Virus record (IMG/VR): IMGVR_UViG_3300001589_000003
Location: 12,279 to 76,278 of that record
Direction: 5' to 3' (one strand)
Source: a virus
DNA: 64,000 nucleotides
In this document: positions 47,448 through 57,511 of the stretch, piece by piece
Layout of the letters: every line of letters starts with the position of its first letter
Numbering within the stretch: the stretch's first letter is position 1
Position numbers and translations under genes: made by a program
The notes under the pieces: model-generated
What the model saw: the letters and a program-made list of their open reading frames with translations, nothing else
Databases searched by the model: none
Told to the model about the DNA's origin: nothing

Positions 47448-48203
47448 TTACTTTTTTTTACCTTTCTTGTCCTTTTTCTTTTCAGGCTTCTCTTCTTTCT
47501 CCTTTTTGTTCTTGTCTTTCTTACCTTTCTTTTTCTTAGGCTTATCCTCTGGACTGATGTTCAAAAAGTTATTAAGTATAGTCTCTGCCTCTTCCTCTGT
47601 CTTAACATCCTTTCTTACCATTGCCTCAACATCCCAAATTTTATTGTACTCCTTATCTAATTTAGTAGGTTTACATGGAACTACTGAATACTCTGTGTCC
47701 ATCATTGTTGAACCAGTCCTAGTTATCTTTAGGTCATACCCATTTTTAGGGTGAGTGAAGTCTCCCTGTTCCTCATCCAAGAAATAATCAATTAAGTTCT
47801 GAGCTGTACCTGATGTTAGAAGTAATAGCTTACCAGATTTTTGTTTGTTGATCTTCTTACCTTTTAGATCATCGAATAACACTACTGGAATAACATACTT
47901 CTTCTTCGGCTTTAATTTCTTAGCAAGGTCTTGGTCATCATCATCACCCTTCTTTAGTTTCTCGTACATATCTATAATGGGGCATGGTTCTCCAAAAGTT
48001 GCTGCCGATATAACTCCCTTAACATCACCTCCAAAATAGAACTGAGTTACCTCCAACCCAAATTCTTCTGACTCATCTACAGGTAGAGGTCTAACTCTAA
48101 TTGTTTCGTCTGCCTTAATAAAGATCATGTTACCTCCCTCTGATCTGTCTTTCATCGCCTTCTTACGGGCTTTCATTTTTTCTTTTCTGTTCAAATCTGA
48201 CAT
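47448..48203 (-). CDS. gp32-like single-stranded DNA-binding protein
   Basis: IRVRPLP, GEPCPI, GYDLKITRTG...TEYSV. Confidence 0.7.
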   Translation of the reverse strand: MSDLNRKEKMKARKKAMKDRSEGGNMIFIKADETIRVRPLPVDESEEFGLEVTQFYFGGDVKGVISAATFGEPCPIIDMYEKLKKGDDDDQDLAKKLKPKKKYVIPVVLFDDLKGKKINKQKSGKLLLLTSGTAQNLIDYFLDEEQGDFTHPKNGYDLKITRTGSTMMDTEYSVVPCKPTKLDKEYNKIWDVEAMVRKDVKTEEEAETILNNFLNISPEDKPKKKKGKKDKNKKEKEEKPEKKKDKKGKKK

Positions 48204-48221
48204 CTAGTTTTAATTTATGGT

Positions 48222-48668
48222 TTAACGTTCATTTCTAATGTTTGCTGATATGGTTTGTAGTAAGTCCTTTCGTATTTCAAATGATCTTACACAAACCTCA
48301 AGTAAATCTTTAAGTTCTTCAAGCTCTAGGACACTGCGTTCCATTGACTTCACCTTTTTATCCTTTGTCACCAAGTAAGCCTCTGCCTCCTTTAATGATG
48401 TATACCCTTTGTTCTTCTTAACAATGGGTATCATTCTAGTTTTCTTAGCTGATAGTTTTTTGTGGAGTTCCTTATGTTTTATAAGTATCTTCTTATGAAG
48501 CATAGCTACAAATGCATAACTTGTAGCATGGTTCTTCAATTGCTTTATCATGTTTTCTTTGTCTATCTTTAACTCTTTATAGACATTGAATTCAAAGACC
48601 TCACCATTATAAGAGACCTTAATCTCCATAACTTTTGAGGTCTCTGCATACTTATATAAATTACCCAT
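48222..48668 (-). CDS. UvsY-like recombination mediator
   Basis: Helical; C-terminal RKDLLQTISANIR; synteny with SSB and RecA. Confidence 0.5.
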   Translation of the reverse strand: MGNLYKYAETSKVMEIKVSYNGEVFEFNVYKELKIDKENMIKQLKNHATSYAFVAMLHKKILIKHKELHKKLSAKKTRMIPIVKKNKGYTSLKEAEAYLVTKDKKVKSMERSVLELEELKDLLEVCVRSFEIRKDLLQTISANIRNER

Positions 48669-49285
48669 TAACCTAATATGTTTATTATTTTATTCTTTCT
48701 ATCATCCAATAGTAATGGGGTAATTAAATGTATTTTAGTATTACTATTCACCCTACTCATTTCTGCTTGAAACTGGTAATGATATAGGGAAAAAATATGG
48801 GTCACCATGTGTTGATAAACTTGAGAAGTTAACCTTGAACCATTATCTTCCACAAAATCAAACATAAAGGGTACTACAAATATGTGATCCAGTGGTATCA
48901 TAGCTTGAATACAAGCTTCATAAAAATCATGGTTTATTCCATCATTTTGATACAACCCAGCTTGTAACATATAATATACAAAGTTATCTATTGGGCTTCT
49001 ATCAGTAACAAACACTTGGTTGTCCTTTATAAGCTCTGACCTTCTGGTTAGTATCATTCTTTGCAACTCATATCCAAATTCTGGGTTATTGTGAGACTCC
49101 TTTATTACTTTAGCATGACCTTCCCGCCCTTCAACCCCAAACCTACTAGCTAGGTATTCTCTGTCGTCATCAGTTTTTAAATCCCCAGATGAACCAGACA
49201 AATGGGGTAAATTATAATGTTCTGCAACCCATTTTACTAGGGTTGTCTTGCCTGAGCCGCTGGCTCCAGAAAATGCAACTTTCAT
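48668..49285 (-). CDS. P-loop nucleotide (dNMP) kinase
   Basis: GASGSGKTT, TDRSPID, EDNGSR. Confidence 0.7.
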   Translation of the reverse strand: MKVAFSGASGSGKTTLVKWVAEHYNLPHLSGSSGDLKTDDDREYLASRFGVEGREGHAKVIKESHNNPEFGYELQRMILTRRSELIKDNQVFVTDRSPIDNFVYYMLQAGLYQNDGINHDFYEACIQAMIPLDHIFVVPFMFDFVEDNGSRLTSQVYQHMVTHIFSLYHYQFQAEMSRVNSNTKIHLITPLLLDDRKNKIINILG

Positions 49286-49300
49286 ATTATTATTATTATT

Positions 49301-51544
49301 TTAGTTTAACCATTTATTATAATCCTCCTTTATACTATAACCTTCTAACCCTGCCCAGTGTTTACCAACCTCAGCACCCATCTTTAAAAATACCTTTTCC
49401 ATCTTACAACCAAAGTACTTCTCTGATTCAGGGCTGGAGCATACCTCAACTATTTTAGGTACTGCTAAATGTATAAACTCTGGCTTAACATAGAAACCTA
49501 TTGAATCATGCACTGTATATGCTTGAGGTTTATATTTTTCTATGTCAGTGAGTTTTAACTCACCCTTATTAACTAAATCTCTTAATGCTATGGATGATAG
49601 TTGAGTAAAGTCTGAGGCTGCACTCTGAATAGGGGCATTGATTGAGTCCCTCATAGCCTTCCTTCTCACACCGTCATCATTGGAATATATGCTACCCAGC
49701 CTTCTCTTCCTACCAAAGATGTTCATAACATACCCATGTTTCATAACATATTTTTCTTGGTGTTTGAACCATGCTCTAACGCCTGGGTACATCTCCAACC
49801 ATTCGTTCTTAAAAATTTGAGCCTCTTCTTTAGTTACTATGTCTCCTGGTTCTGATAGGGTTCCAGCAAGCATCTTCGCTGATTGTTGATAGAGTATACC
49901 AAAGTTTATAACTTTAGCTCTCTTCTTTAGTTTGGTCCAGTATAGCCAGTCTGGATGGTCTTTGTTATCCAGTATAACTTTAACCTCATTATACATATCA
50001 AGTTTGCCAACTGATTTGCAGGCAGTAGCAACATGGATGTTATATTTTCTAGCAAAGATGTCTATCATTGCTTGATCATTTGCTATCTCTGCTACTACCC
50101 TTAACTCAGCCTGACCATAATCTACCTCTAATATTAGATGGTCTTTGGGTGGTACAAATGCAGTCTTTATCAATGGGGTTGTGGTAGCTCTAGGAATGTT
50201 CTGCATATTTGGGTCCCTAGATGATAACCTCCCAGTAACGGTGCCATGTATAAAGTAATTACCATGAAGTGTGTTGTGTTTTGTTAATTTATCTAAGATA
50301 CCTACCATGTAAGTCGAGTGCATCTTAGTTAACTCCCTATAGTCTAGTAGGTTCTGAATGAAACCAGTTTTATCTATAAGTCTTAGCTCTAATAAAACCT
50401 CTTCATCCGTGGAAGGTCTGTCCGTTTCTTGTTTAGTTTCCTTATCCTTGGTGTACTTTATAATCTTAAACCCTAACCCCTTCGGTGAGGTGAATAGGAG
50501 TTCTATCATTTGATTGGGTGATGCAAAGTTTACATCATCTACTACTTCATTCTTTGAAACTAACTCCCCTGCTATATACCTACTTATCTTCTCATATCTA
50601 TTCCTAACAGCCATATCCACATTTTTCATGGGCTCTTTTCCAGGCTTCAAAGGTTTGCCTTTCTTTATTAGTTTTATCTCTTCTTTTGTTTTAGTTATTA
50701 GCTTCTCTATGTGAGACTGTACTCTCCATTTCTGGAATTTCTTTATAACTTTTTCTTTCTTTAATAGGTCATGAGTTATAGCAATCTTTTTACCCTGTTC
50801 CTTTTCCACCTCGGCTAGATAGGGTTTATCTATCACCATCCCTACAAATTCTGATTCTGCTAGTACTCTAGTTTGCATCATGCACATGTTTCTAAATAGA
50901 TCATAAAACTTGTGCTTCCAGAGTAGTCTCTCCAATACTAACATCAACCTTAAAGTTAAATCGCAATCCAGTACGCAATATTTTGATAAGGATTTTATAG
51001 GTATATTCCCCCACCCCTTATACTTGGCTATCATACCATGTACTTCATCCTCATAGTCTGCAAACTCTGGTAGTAAAGATTTAACTAAGGATTTAAGATC
51101 ACTAGGTGGTGTCTCTTCTAAAAGGTATTTAGCAAGCATTGCATCGAAGAGTCTACCTCTCATCCTAATACCATACCTTAAGAACCATTTGTATTCAAAC
51201 TTTAAATTGAATGCCACCTTTATAACATTTGCATTCTCACATATATGTTTTCCGAAATATTTTAGTATTTTCTTAGCCTCTTTTCTAGTAAAGCATGAGT
51301 CCTTATGAAATAGAGGTATAGCATATCCAGCACCTGGTTGAAATGAAACTCCTAATATGGTAGGTTCATCTTTCTTGTATTGAAACCCCACTGGTTTCTT
51401 ATCCCCTTTAGATGTCAAGGGTCCTTCTGGTCCTGTAGCTTTAGTTTCAAAGTCAATGGATGCATACCCAGTCTCTTTACACCAAGCTACTATCTGTCTT
51501 ACCTCTTCAAAGGTAGATATTATTTTATACCTCTTTTTACCCAT
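49301..51544 (-). CDS. polA: Family A DNA polymerase with 3'-5' exonuclease
   Basis: DFET, TGRLSSRDPNMQNIP, DYGQAELR, AKVINFGILY, VHDSI. Confidence 0.93.
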   Translation of the reverse strand: MGKKRYKIISTFEEVRQIVAWCKETGYASIDFETKATGPEGPLTSKGDKKPVGFQYKKDEPTILGVSFQPGAGYAIPLFHKDSCFTRKEAKKILKYFGKHICENANVIKVAFNLKFEYKWFLRYGIRMRGRLFDAMLAKYLLEETPPSDLKSLVKSLLPEFADYEDEVHGMIAKYKGWGNIPIKSLSKYCVLDCDLTLRLMLVLERLLWKHKFYDLFRNMCMMQTRVLAESEFVGMVIDKPYLAEVEKEQGKKIAITHDLLKKEKVIKKFQKWRVQSHIEKLITKTKEEIKLIKKGKPLKPGKEPMKNVDMAVRNRYEKISRYIAGELVSKNEVVDDVNFASPNQMIELLFTSPKGLGFKIIKYTKDKETKQETDRPSTDEEVLLELRLIDKTGFIQNLLDYRELTKMHSTYMVGILDKLTKHNTLHGNYFIHGTVTGRLSSRDPNMQNIPRATTTPLIKTAFVPPKDHLILEVDYGQAELRVVAEIANDQAMIDIFARKYNIHVATACKSVGKLDMYNEVKVILDNKDHPDWLYWTKLKKRAKVINFGILYQQSAKMLAGTLSEPGDIVTKEEAQIFKNEWLEMYPGVRAWFKHQEKYVMKHGYVMNIFGRKRRLGSIYSNDDGVRRKAMRDSINAPIQSAASDFTQLSSIALRDLVNKGELKLTDIEKYKPQAYTVHDSIGFYVKPEFIHLAVPKIVEVCSSPESEKYFGCKMEKVFLKMGAEVGKHWAGLEGYSIKEDYNKWLN

Positions 51545-51956
51545 ATTTTTTTACATCTACTCCTGCTCTAAGTAACACTTTTAAAGGCTCTGTATCTCTG
51601 AACTCTTCTGAGTATTCTACAACCTTTATCCCAGATTGAATTATTGCCTCTGCACATTTTATACATGGGCTGTGTGTACAGTATATTGTTGCCCCTTGTA
51701 GTTTTATACCATTCTTTGCAGCAAAGTATATTGCATTAGCTTCAGCATGTATCGCTCTCTTGCAGGTCTCACCCAAAAAACAATTTATATCATTACATTC
51801 GTGGTCATCTTTAACTGGACCATTATACCCAGTAGCTATAATCCTATTTTCTATGGTTATTACTGATCCCACTTGTAACCTACCACATGTACCCCTTTGT
51901 GACATTAACTTTGCCATCTGTAGGTATAGGTCTCTTCTTGTTATTCTCTCAATCAT
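51537..51956 (-). CDS. dCMP deaminase
   Basis: TGYNG, HAEANAI, PCIKC. Confidence 0.9.
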   Translation of the reverse strand: MIERITRRDLYLQMAKLMSQRGTCGRLQVGSVITIENRIIATGYNGPVKDDHECNDINCFLGETCKRAIHAEANAIYFAAKNGIKLQGATIYCTHSPCIKCAEAIIQSGIKVVEYSEEFRDTEPLKVLLRAGVDVKKYG

Positions 51957-51973
51957 ATATCTAAATAGTATAT

Positions 51974-52732
51974 TTAGTAATTATCATAGACCTCAAAATC
52001 ACCTTGAAAGCAGTGTAGATTAGCTATATGCATATTTATATGCCCAGGTCTTAATCTCTTACCCACTCTACCCATGACATGGTATAATAACCTAACCGCC
52101 ATGTATATATCATCTCTAAAATGCCTGATAACATCACATGATCTAATGTAATATGTTATATCCATCCTACCATTTTTTACTTGAAATAGATACCCCAAAG
52201 TACATGGTACTCTCTGACCTCCTAATGGTCCTGTATCTTCTGGGAACCATATGGGTAAGAATGCTTTTCTAGTGTGTTTCTGGTCTTTCAATAGGTTGAT
52301 TACATCATCTAAATCTCCATACTCATACCTAATACCATGTAAGCTTAAATGTTTATGGGCTACGTGTTTAGGCCATATTCTTTCTGGGTAGGTATGAGAG
52401 AATTGCTCATCTTTTACATGTTTTGCGTTAGCTCTTACACCAAAAGGCCATCTTACATGAGATGGAGGAGGATTCAAGGGTTTACCTGATACCCTCTCTA
52501 AAAAATGCTCATCGGCCCATGGTAAATTGGGTTGGCATTGGATTACTAACTCATTGATATTGCTAGGTACTGGTGCTCTAAATGATATACCCAATACTTC
52601 TACCATCTTATCTAATGGAGTTGTGGATTGCCAGGAGTTACCTTGATGGGTTGTACCTGCTACTACTAAATGATCTTTACAAGCTTTTATAGCTCTACTT
52701 ATACTTGAGTACTCTTTTATGGTTGGTGTCAT
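51974..52732 (-). CDS. Thymidylate-synthase-fold enzyme 1, dCMP-type
   Basis: VPCT catalytic Cys; RSCDVIRHFRDD with Asp at the specificity position. Confidence 0.8.
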   Translation of the reverse strand: MTPTIKEYSSISRAIKACKDHLVVAGTTHQGNSWQSTTPLDKMVEVLGISFRAPVPSNINELVIQCQPNLPWADEHFLERVSGKPLNPPPSHVRWPFGVRANAKHVKDEQFSHTYPERIWPKHVAHKHLSLHGIRYEYGDLDDVINLLKDQKHTRKAFLPIWFPEDTGPLGGQRVPCTLGYLFQVKNGRMDITYYIRSCDVIRHFRDDIYMAVRLLYHVMGRVGKRLRPGHINMHIANLHCFQGDFEVYDNY

Positions 52733-53607
52733 CTCTTTCTAGTGTTATGTATTCTTAATTCTTGTGGGGTTTGTACATCTTTTGGAATTAAGTCTTGGTC
52801 AGGTCTAAGTTTTAAAGTCTTAGCCTTCATTGATTTAACTCCACTTATTGGTAAGCCATCCTTACCCTTCTGTATCTGCATTACTGACCTCCTGTTAACC
52901 CTAAACATTATTGATTTAGGGTCAGGGTGGTTCATGTATTCTTTGAATTTCTTTTTAACATTCACGTGAAACTTATAATCATCCTGATCTGTACCCTTTA
53001 ATGACTTTTTTAATAGCTTCATTATAGGTTTCACATTATTGTACATCACAAAACTCTCTGCTGTAATATAAAAGGATGGAGCAAATAAGTGCACCTCAAA
53101 TTCATTGTGACCATATATGTATTCCCCTATCCTTTGTACTAATAAGAAATCAAACAGTAACCTCTTAGTAACTTCGGATGTTCTGATCTGGAATACAAGA
53201 ATTGGTTTGGGTTGATAAGGTCTTTTAGTAAATGTAATTGCCACTAAGCAATCCTTACCTGATCCGTGAGAGTTGTCGAAGTGATAAGTATAGTTATACA
53301 TACTCGCTTTCTTAGCTACCCTCTCCGAGATAGTAGCACGTAAGAGATCAAGATAGTTAAAGTCTACATAATTATTCACTAGAGCAGTCCATTTTTGAAG
53401 AGAATACCCCAAGGTTATACCAAAGTCAAACTCTGGGTCAACCCATGCCTCCTCCATGGTTACATAGTTATTAAAGCTTAGCATCTTTGACCCTGCTAAC
53501 CCTCCTCCTGTTGGTGCTATCTTACCTTGCTCAAGAAAAAGATACTCATTGATACCCTGCCAACCTTTCTGTAGGTTTTTAAACTTTAGTTGTGTTATGT
53601 GATGCAT
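52729..53607 (-). CDS. Divergent thymidylate-synthase-fold protein 2
   Basis: KDCLVAITF and IRTSEVTKRLLFDF with TS-like spacing. Confidence 0.55.
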   Translation of the reverse strand: MHHITQLKFKNLQKGWQGINEYLFLEQGKIAPTGGGLAGSKMLSFNNYVTMEEAWVDPEFDFGITLGYSLQKWTALVNNYVDFNYLDLLRATISERVAKKASMYNYTYHFDNSHGSGKDCLVAITFTKRPYQPKPILVFQIRTSEVTKRLLFDFLLVQRIGEYIYGHNEFEVHLFAPSFYITAESFVMYNNVKPIMKLLKKSLKGTDQDDYKFHVNVKKKFKEYMNHPDPKSIMFRVNRRSVMQIQKGKDGLPISGVKSMKAKTLKLRPDQDLIPKDVQTPQELRIHNTRKR

Positions 53608-54295
53608 ATTCTTTTGATATGGTTTCTAGGGTTGAATAAATATTTAATGGATGAGCACCTACTGAATCTAAGAATTTAGTAAAGTATAGCCAAGCCTCCA
53701 TCAAGTTTTTACATAAAGTTTGGTAGTCTCCTCCCCACCCTTGAAGAGCTGACCTTAATACACATGCAAATTTAAACTGATCTACTTGGTTATGGTGATC
53801 AGTTTCTATTGAATATTTTCTACCCATCAAACCCAAGGTAAAATCTTTTTCTACATCCTCATCAGTGTAGATGGAGTAGGATGAGTAATTAGCTATCCTC
53901 ATGGTATCATCAAATATATTGGAATGCCTACCATAAGCTAAAGATGTTTTCAGAGCATCATCAAAAAATATACCTGATAAATTTCTTTCCCTCAGTAGTA
54001 TATCATAATACTCATTAATGTTTTCAGGCATTATGTTATTGTCTTTCATAAGTCCTATAAATACCCCCAAAGCTTTTGCTAGTGCTGTATTATAATCTTC
54101 TAATAGTTCCTTTACATCTGGTCCCTCCTCTGGGTTATAACCAGCATCAAATACATGTTGTATTTTGGATTGAATGTACCATGCTTCTGATAAATGAGTC
54201 ATTATACATACCTCAGCTCCTATATTACATTCAACTATTGGGTCTATAAACTCATAGATGCCTTCTAGTAACATACCCTTATTAAATAACTCCAT
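53579..54295 (-). CDS. Possibly degenerate all-alpha dUTPase/dCTPase-like protein
   Basis: Helical; YNTALAKALGVFIGL resembles an EElaDalhF helix without the acids; synteny. Confidence 0.35.
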   Translation of the reverse strand: MELFNKGMLLEGIYEFIDPIVECNIGAEVCIMTHLSEAWYIQSKIQHVFDAGYNPEEGPDVKELLEDYNTALAKALGVFIGLMKDNNIMPENINEYYDILLRERNLSGIFFDDALKTSLAYGRHSNIFDDTMRIANYSSYSIYTDEDVEKDFTLGLMGRKYSIETDHHNQVDQFKFACVLRSALQGWGGDYQTLCKNLMEAWLYFTKFLDSVGAHPLNIYSTLETISKEYASHNTTKV

Positions 54296-54300
54296 ACTAT

Positions 54301-54768
54301 CTATTTTAGTTTAATATAAATTTTGTCATCTACCTTTTTAACCTTGAGTTTACTAGAATCTTTTACTGCTTTTTGTATAAGTTTAGTTATCTCTGGTTTC
54401 TTAAGTAAGTTAGTAGGATCGAATTTTTTACAAACCTTTCTATGCAAACCCTTTAGATTCATCTTGTTTTTACCCTCTAACAACTCAATTATATACTTCT
54501 GTAGCTCTTCCATATCTATACTTACCTCCTCTAGGTCTTTAAAGTTACCCTTACTCTCTAGCTCTAGCCTAACCTTTGATTGGTACTGAGCACTTATGAT
54601 CATGCATATTTCTGCATCACCACACTGACCACATACTTTACTATCCACTGAGTGGTGCATACCAAAACATGGATCATCCCCTGAACCGAACATTTCTATG
54701 GTTATGGGTTTCATGAAATTAACCTCGCTCATATTTATTTTTTTACGTTTTTTTCTTTTGGGTTTCAT
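54301..54768 (-). CDS. Four-Cys metal-binding hypothetical protein
   Basis: DPCFG...CGQCGDAEIC. Confidence 0.55.
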   Translation of the reverse strand: MKPKRKKRKKINMSEVNFMKPITIEMFGSGDDPCFGMHHSVDSKVCGQCGDAEICMIISAQYQSKVRLELESKGNFKDLEEVSIDMEELQKYIIELLEGKNKMNLKGLHRKVCKKFDPTNLLKKPEITKLIQKAVKDSSKLKVKKVDDKIYIKLK

Positions 54769-54781
54769 ATATGATAATAGT

Positions 54782-57511
54782 CTATTTTTTATAGTGTTCC
54801 TCTATCTGTAGTTTCTCATTCTTATAGGCTATAAGTCTATGTTTAGAGTGCTTTTTAAGGTAGTACCCCTCATCCCAAAAATCATCCAGCCATGTGTAGT
54901 CTTTGGATTGATCGGTTCTGGTGGCTCTACCCAGTATTTGTATAACATTTTCAAAGGAGTCACCCCCTCCAGCATTGATTAGTGCTTGCATTAGTGGAAA
55001 GTTTTTACCTCTCTTGAGTATGTATGTACCTATAAGAATATCTATCTTACCCTCCTTGTACCTCTGAACTACTTCTTTTCTATCGGGTCTTTTGTGGTGT
55101 ACCCAATCAACTACTAACCCCTCAAACCTTTCTGGGTATGCATCTATCATAGCCATCAATTTCCTAACATGGTTATGAAACTTTACTACTACTAGGATGG
55201 GTAATCTCTTAGCTCTCTTGTGAAACATTACTCTTCTTAGAACCTTACCATTTCTTTCATTGGATTGTATTATACCTAGATTCTCTTCTCCTAGGTAATC
55301 TTTGGGTATGTTAATTAAGGTATTACCCTCGTGAATATGTACCATCACCTCAGCTGAGTGCCCCTTATCCATTAGCTCTCGATTTCTAACCTCATGAATG
55401 ATAGGACCATACTGAGCTATGATCTGTTGGTTCTTTTCTTTTTTTCTCTTGTCTACGATGACTGATCCAGACAACCCCACTCTAACATAAGCATTGTAGG
55501 TGTAGTTTAATACAGTTTTATATGACTTGGATGTTCCTAGGTCACACTCATCAACAATAACTATCGGGTACTTAGCAAGCATGTTCTTAACAGCATGTAT
55601 TCTAGAGTAGGCTGTAGGTATCATAACTATGGTGAATGGTTTCCAAGAGATGGGCCTGTCTGCACATACTACTCCGATATCTTCCTTGGGTATAAAGTCG
55701 GCCATTTCCTCAACAGCTTGGTTAAATAGTTCCTTTGAGTTGACTAGATATAGGGTAGGTTTATTATAGACAGTATATATACCAGCAGAAGTTATCGTGT
55801 TGTGGTTTATAAAACCATTACCTATATAAGTATTACCATCGGGAACCTCTATATCATAACATAAATCCTCTCCCAAGCTTAGTTTTTTTATGAAGTCCCA
55901 AAAAATATTGGGGTTTAGGTAAGTTTCTAAAATCCTATACTCTTTTAGGTCTTTTAAATCACTAACATCACCCAGATAGAGTTTTAAAACTTCTTTACTT
56001 ATATTGGTACCTCTACGCATATACCTACTTATTGGTATTTTACTCTTACGTTTAGTTTTATCTCGTAATACCCTGAGTAGATTGTTAGCCTCTTTAGGAA
56101 TTATGTTTATGGGTTTATTCGATATACCAATAAAGTTTTTTAGCCTTTGTTCCTTTCTAGCTAATCTAAACCCTACTTCATAGTAAAATGTTTCTAAAAA
56201 TGAACCCGATATTCTTAACCTATAAGCTGTACCTATTTTCTTAATACCCCTATGGGTCCAACTTGTCTTCTTTATATCAAGCCTAGAAACAATTCCTAGA
56301 TTTAATAACATTTGTTGAACATCATACATACTATTTTTACTTACAGAGGTAATACTAACTTCTTCTACCTTTCTACCAACTCCTGAAGTACCATCAGTAT
56401 CAAAATACCCTTGTAAATAAGCTGTTTGAACCTCTTTGGGGGACTCTAAGATAACTCTAGGTACTCTTTTGCTATGAGAGTTGTTCTTAAGCTCCGGCAC
56501 TATATTAAATAATTCCTCTAATGTTTTTGAACTTTTTTGAATCCTATTTAAATTTACCCTTCTTCCTTTTCTTGGCTCTTCTATATTGGTATCAATATTT
56601 AGTTTATTTTTTAATACCCTTTTTATAGTTTCTAGTATATAAATATCATCCTTATGAGAGCTTATTGCAAATCTTTTTTTAGTTATATACCCATCCCCAT
56701 GCAAAGCTCCTAGTACGTAAGCTAAATCTCCATCTAAACTAACCCCCATTATTTTTTTGGGTTGCCCAAAACATTGTTGGTTATAGTATATAGGTATAGT
56801 GTTACTTGTTTTTAAATTTGAAACCTTTTCCCAACTTAATAGCCCATTAGGTTTTACTATTTTAACTCTGTGATTTTCATAGCCTGAAGTTAAAACATAG
56901 CCTTTATTGGTTATAATTTTTATTGTTTTAATAATGCCAGATTTTAGGTAGTGGTTGGTTTTTTTATATCCATCCCCAGTTTCTATTGATAGTTTCATAT
57001 CCACCTCTTTATTTATTACCATGTTTGGTACTGCTAAATCCTCTATCTTTAGTAGCCCCTTACCTTTAATAGATAAATAGGTATCATACTTACAACATTT
57101 ACCAAAGTTTGTGGCTCCAAATATTATGCCTCTAGGAAAAGGTAGTTTACCAAGTTTATTATTAAATAGAGACATTAATGACTCTCCTTGGTAATCCCTT
57201 AATTTAAATTTGTTGTTAAGTGTTTTGGATAGTTTTTCTGGTCTTATTGGAAATTCCCTCTGGTCCACTATCTTGTACTTTTTATCCAAGGCGTTTAGTG
57301 TTTCCAATAGGTGAGGAACTTTACCTGTGGCTATGTAGCCAGCATCTGTTATGAATTTTATAAAGCCATCCCATGAACCGTTCTTGAATGATGGAGCATA
57401 GAATGCACCTTTAACTCTAACTCTCATACTGTCCTGCTTTCTCAACCTTATCATTAGCTTTGCAGAGCAATCTATTTTTGATTTGTTATTCTTTAAGAAT
57501 ATAGTTACCAT
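54782..57511 (-). CDS. SF2 helicase (UvsW-like) with intein
   Basis: LRDYQ, ATNFGK|T, VDECD, GLSGS, QILGRATR. Confidence 0.88.
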   Translation of the reverse strand: MVTIFLKNNKSKIDCSAKLMIRLRKQDSMRVRVKGAFYAPSFKNGSWDGFIKFITDAGYIATGKVPHLLETLNALDKKYKIVDQREFPIRPEKLSKTLNNKFKLRDYQGESLMSLFNNKLGKLPFPRGIIFGATNFGKCCKYDTYLSIKGKGLLKIEDLAVPNMVINKEVDMKLSIETGDGYKKTNHYLKSGIIKTIKIITNKGYVLTSGYENHRVKIVKPNGLLSWEKVSNLKTSNTIPIYYNQQCFGQPKKIMGVSLDGDLAYVLGALHGDGYITKKRFAISSHKDDIYILETIKRVLKNKLNIDTNIEEPRKGRRVNLNRIQKSSKTLEELFNIVPELKNNSHSKRVPRVILESPKEVQTAYLQGYFDTDGTSGVGRKVEEVSITSVSKNSMYDVQQMLLNLGIVSRLDIKKTSWTHRGIKKIGTAYRLRISGSFLETFYYEVGFRLARKEQRLKNFIGISNKPINIIPKEANNLLRVLRDKTKRKSKIPISRYMRRGTNISKEVLKLYLGDVSDLKDLKEYRILETYLNPNIFWDFIKKLSLGEDLCYDIEVPDGNTYIGNGFINHNTITSAGIYTVYNKPTLYLVNSKELFNQAVEEMADFIPKEDIGVVCADRPISWKPFTIVMIPTAYSRIHAVKNMLAKYPIVIVDECDLGTSKSYKTVLNYTYNAYVRVGLSGSVIVDKRKKEKNQQIIAQYGPIIHEVRNRELMDKGHSAEVMVHIHEGNTLINIPKDYLGEENLGIIQSNERNGKVLRRVMFHKRAKRLPILVVVKFHNHVRKLMAMIDAYPERFEGLVVDWVHHKRPDRKEVVQRYKEGKIDILIGTYILKRGKNFPLMQALINAGGGDSFENVIQILGRATRTDQSKDYTWLDDFWDEGYYLKKHSKHRLIAYKNEKLQIEEHYKK
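55799..57097 (-). mobile_element. Intein (433 aa) with LAGLIDADG endonuclease in Walker A
   Basis: Begins CCKYDT, ends INHN before T; LGALHGDG and LQGYFDTDG. Confidence 0.9.

Noticed and set aside
51974-52732. Calling this gene thyA
   Set aside because: It has Asp rather than Asn at the pyrimidine-specificity position
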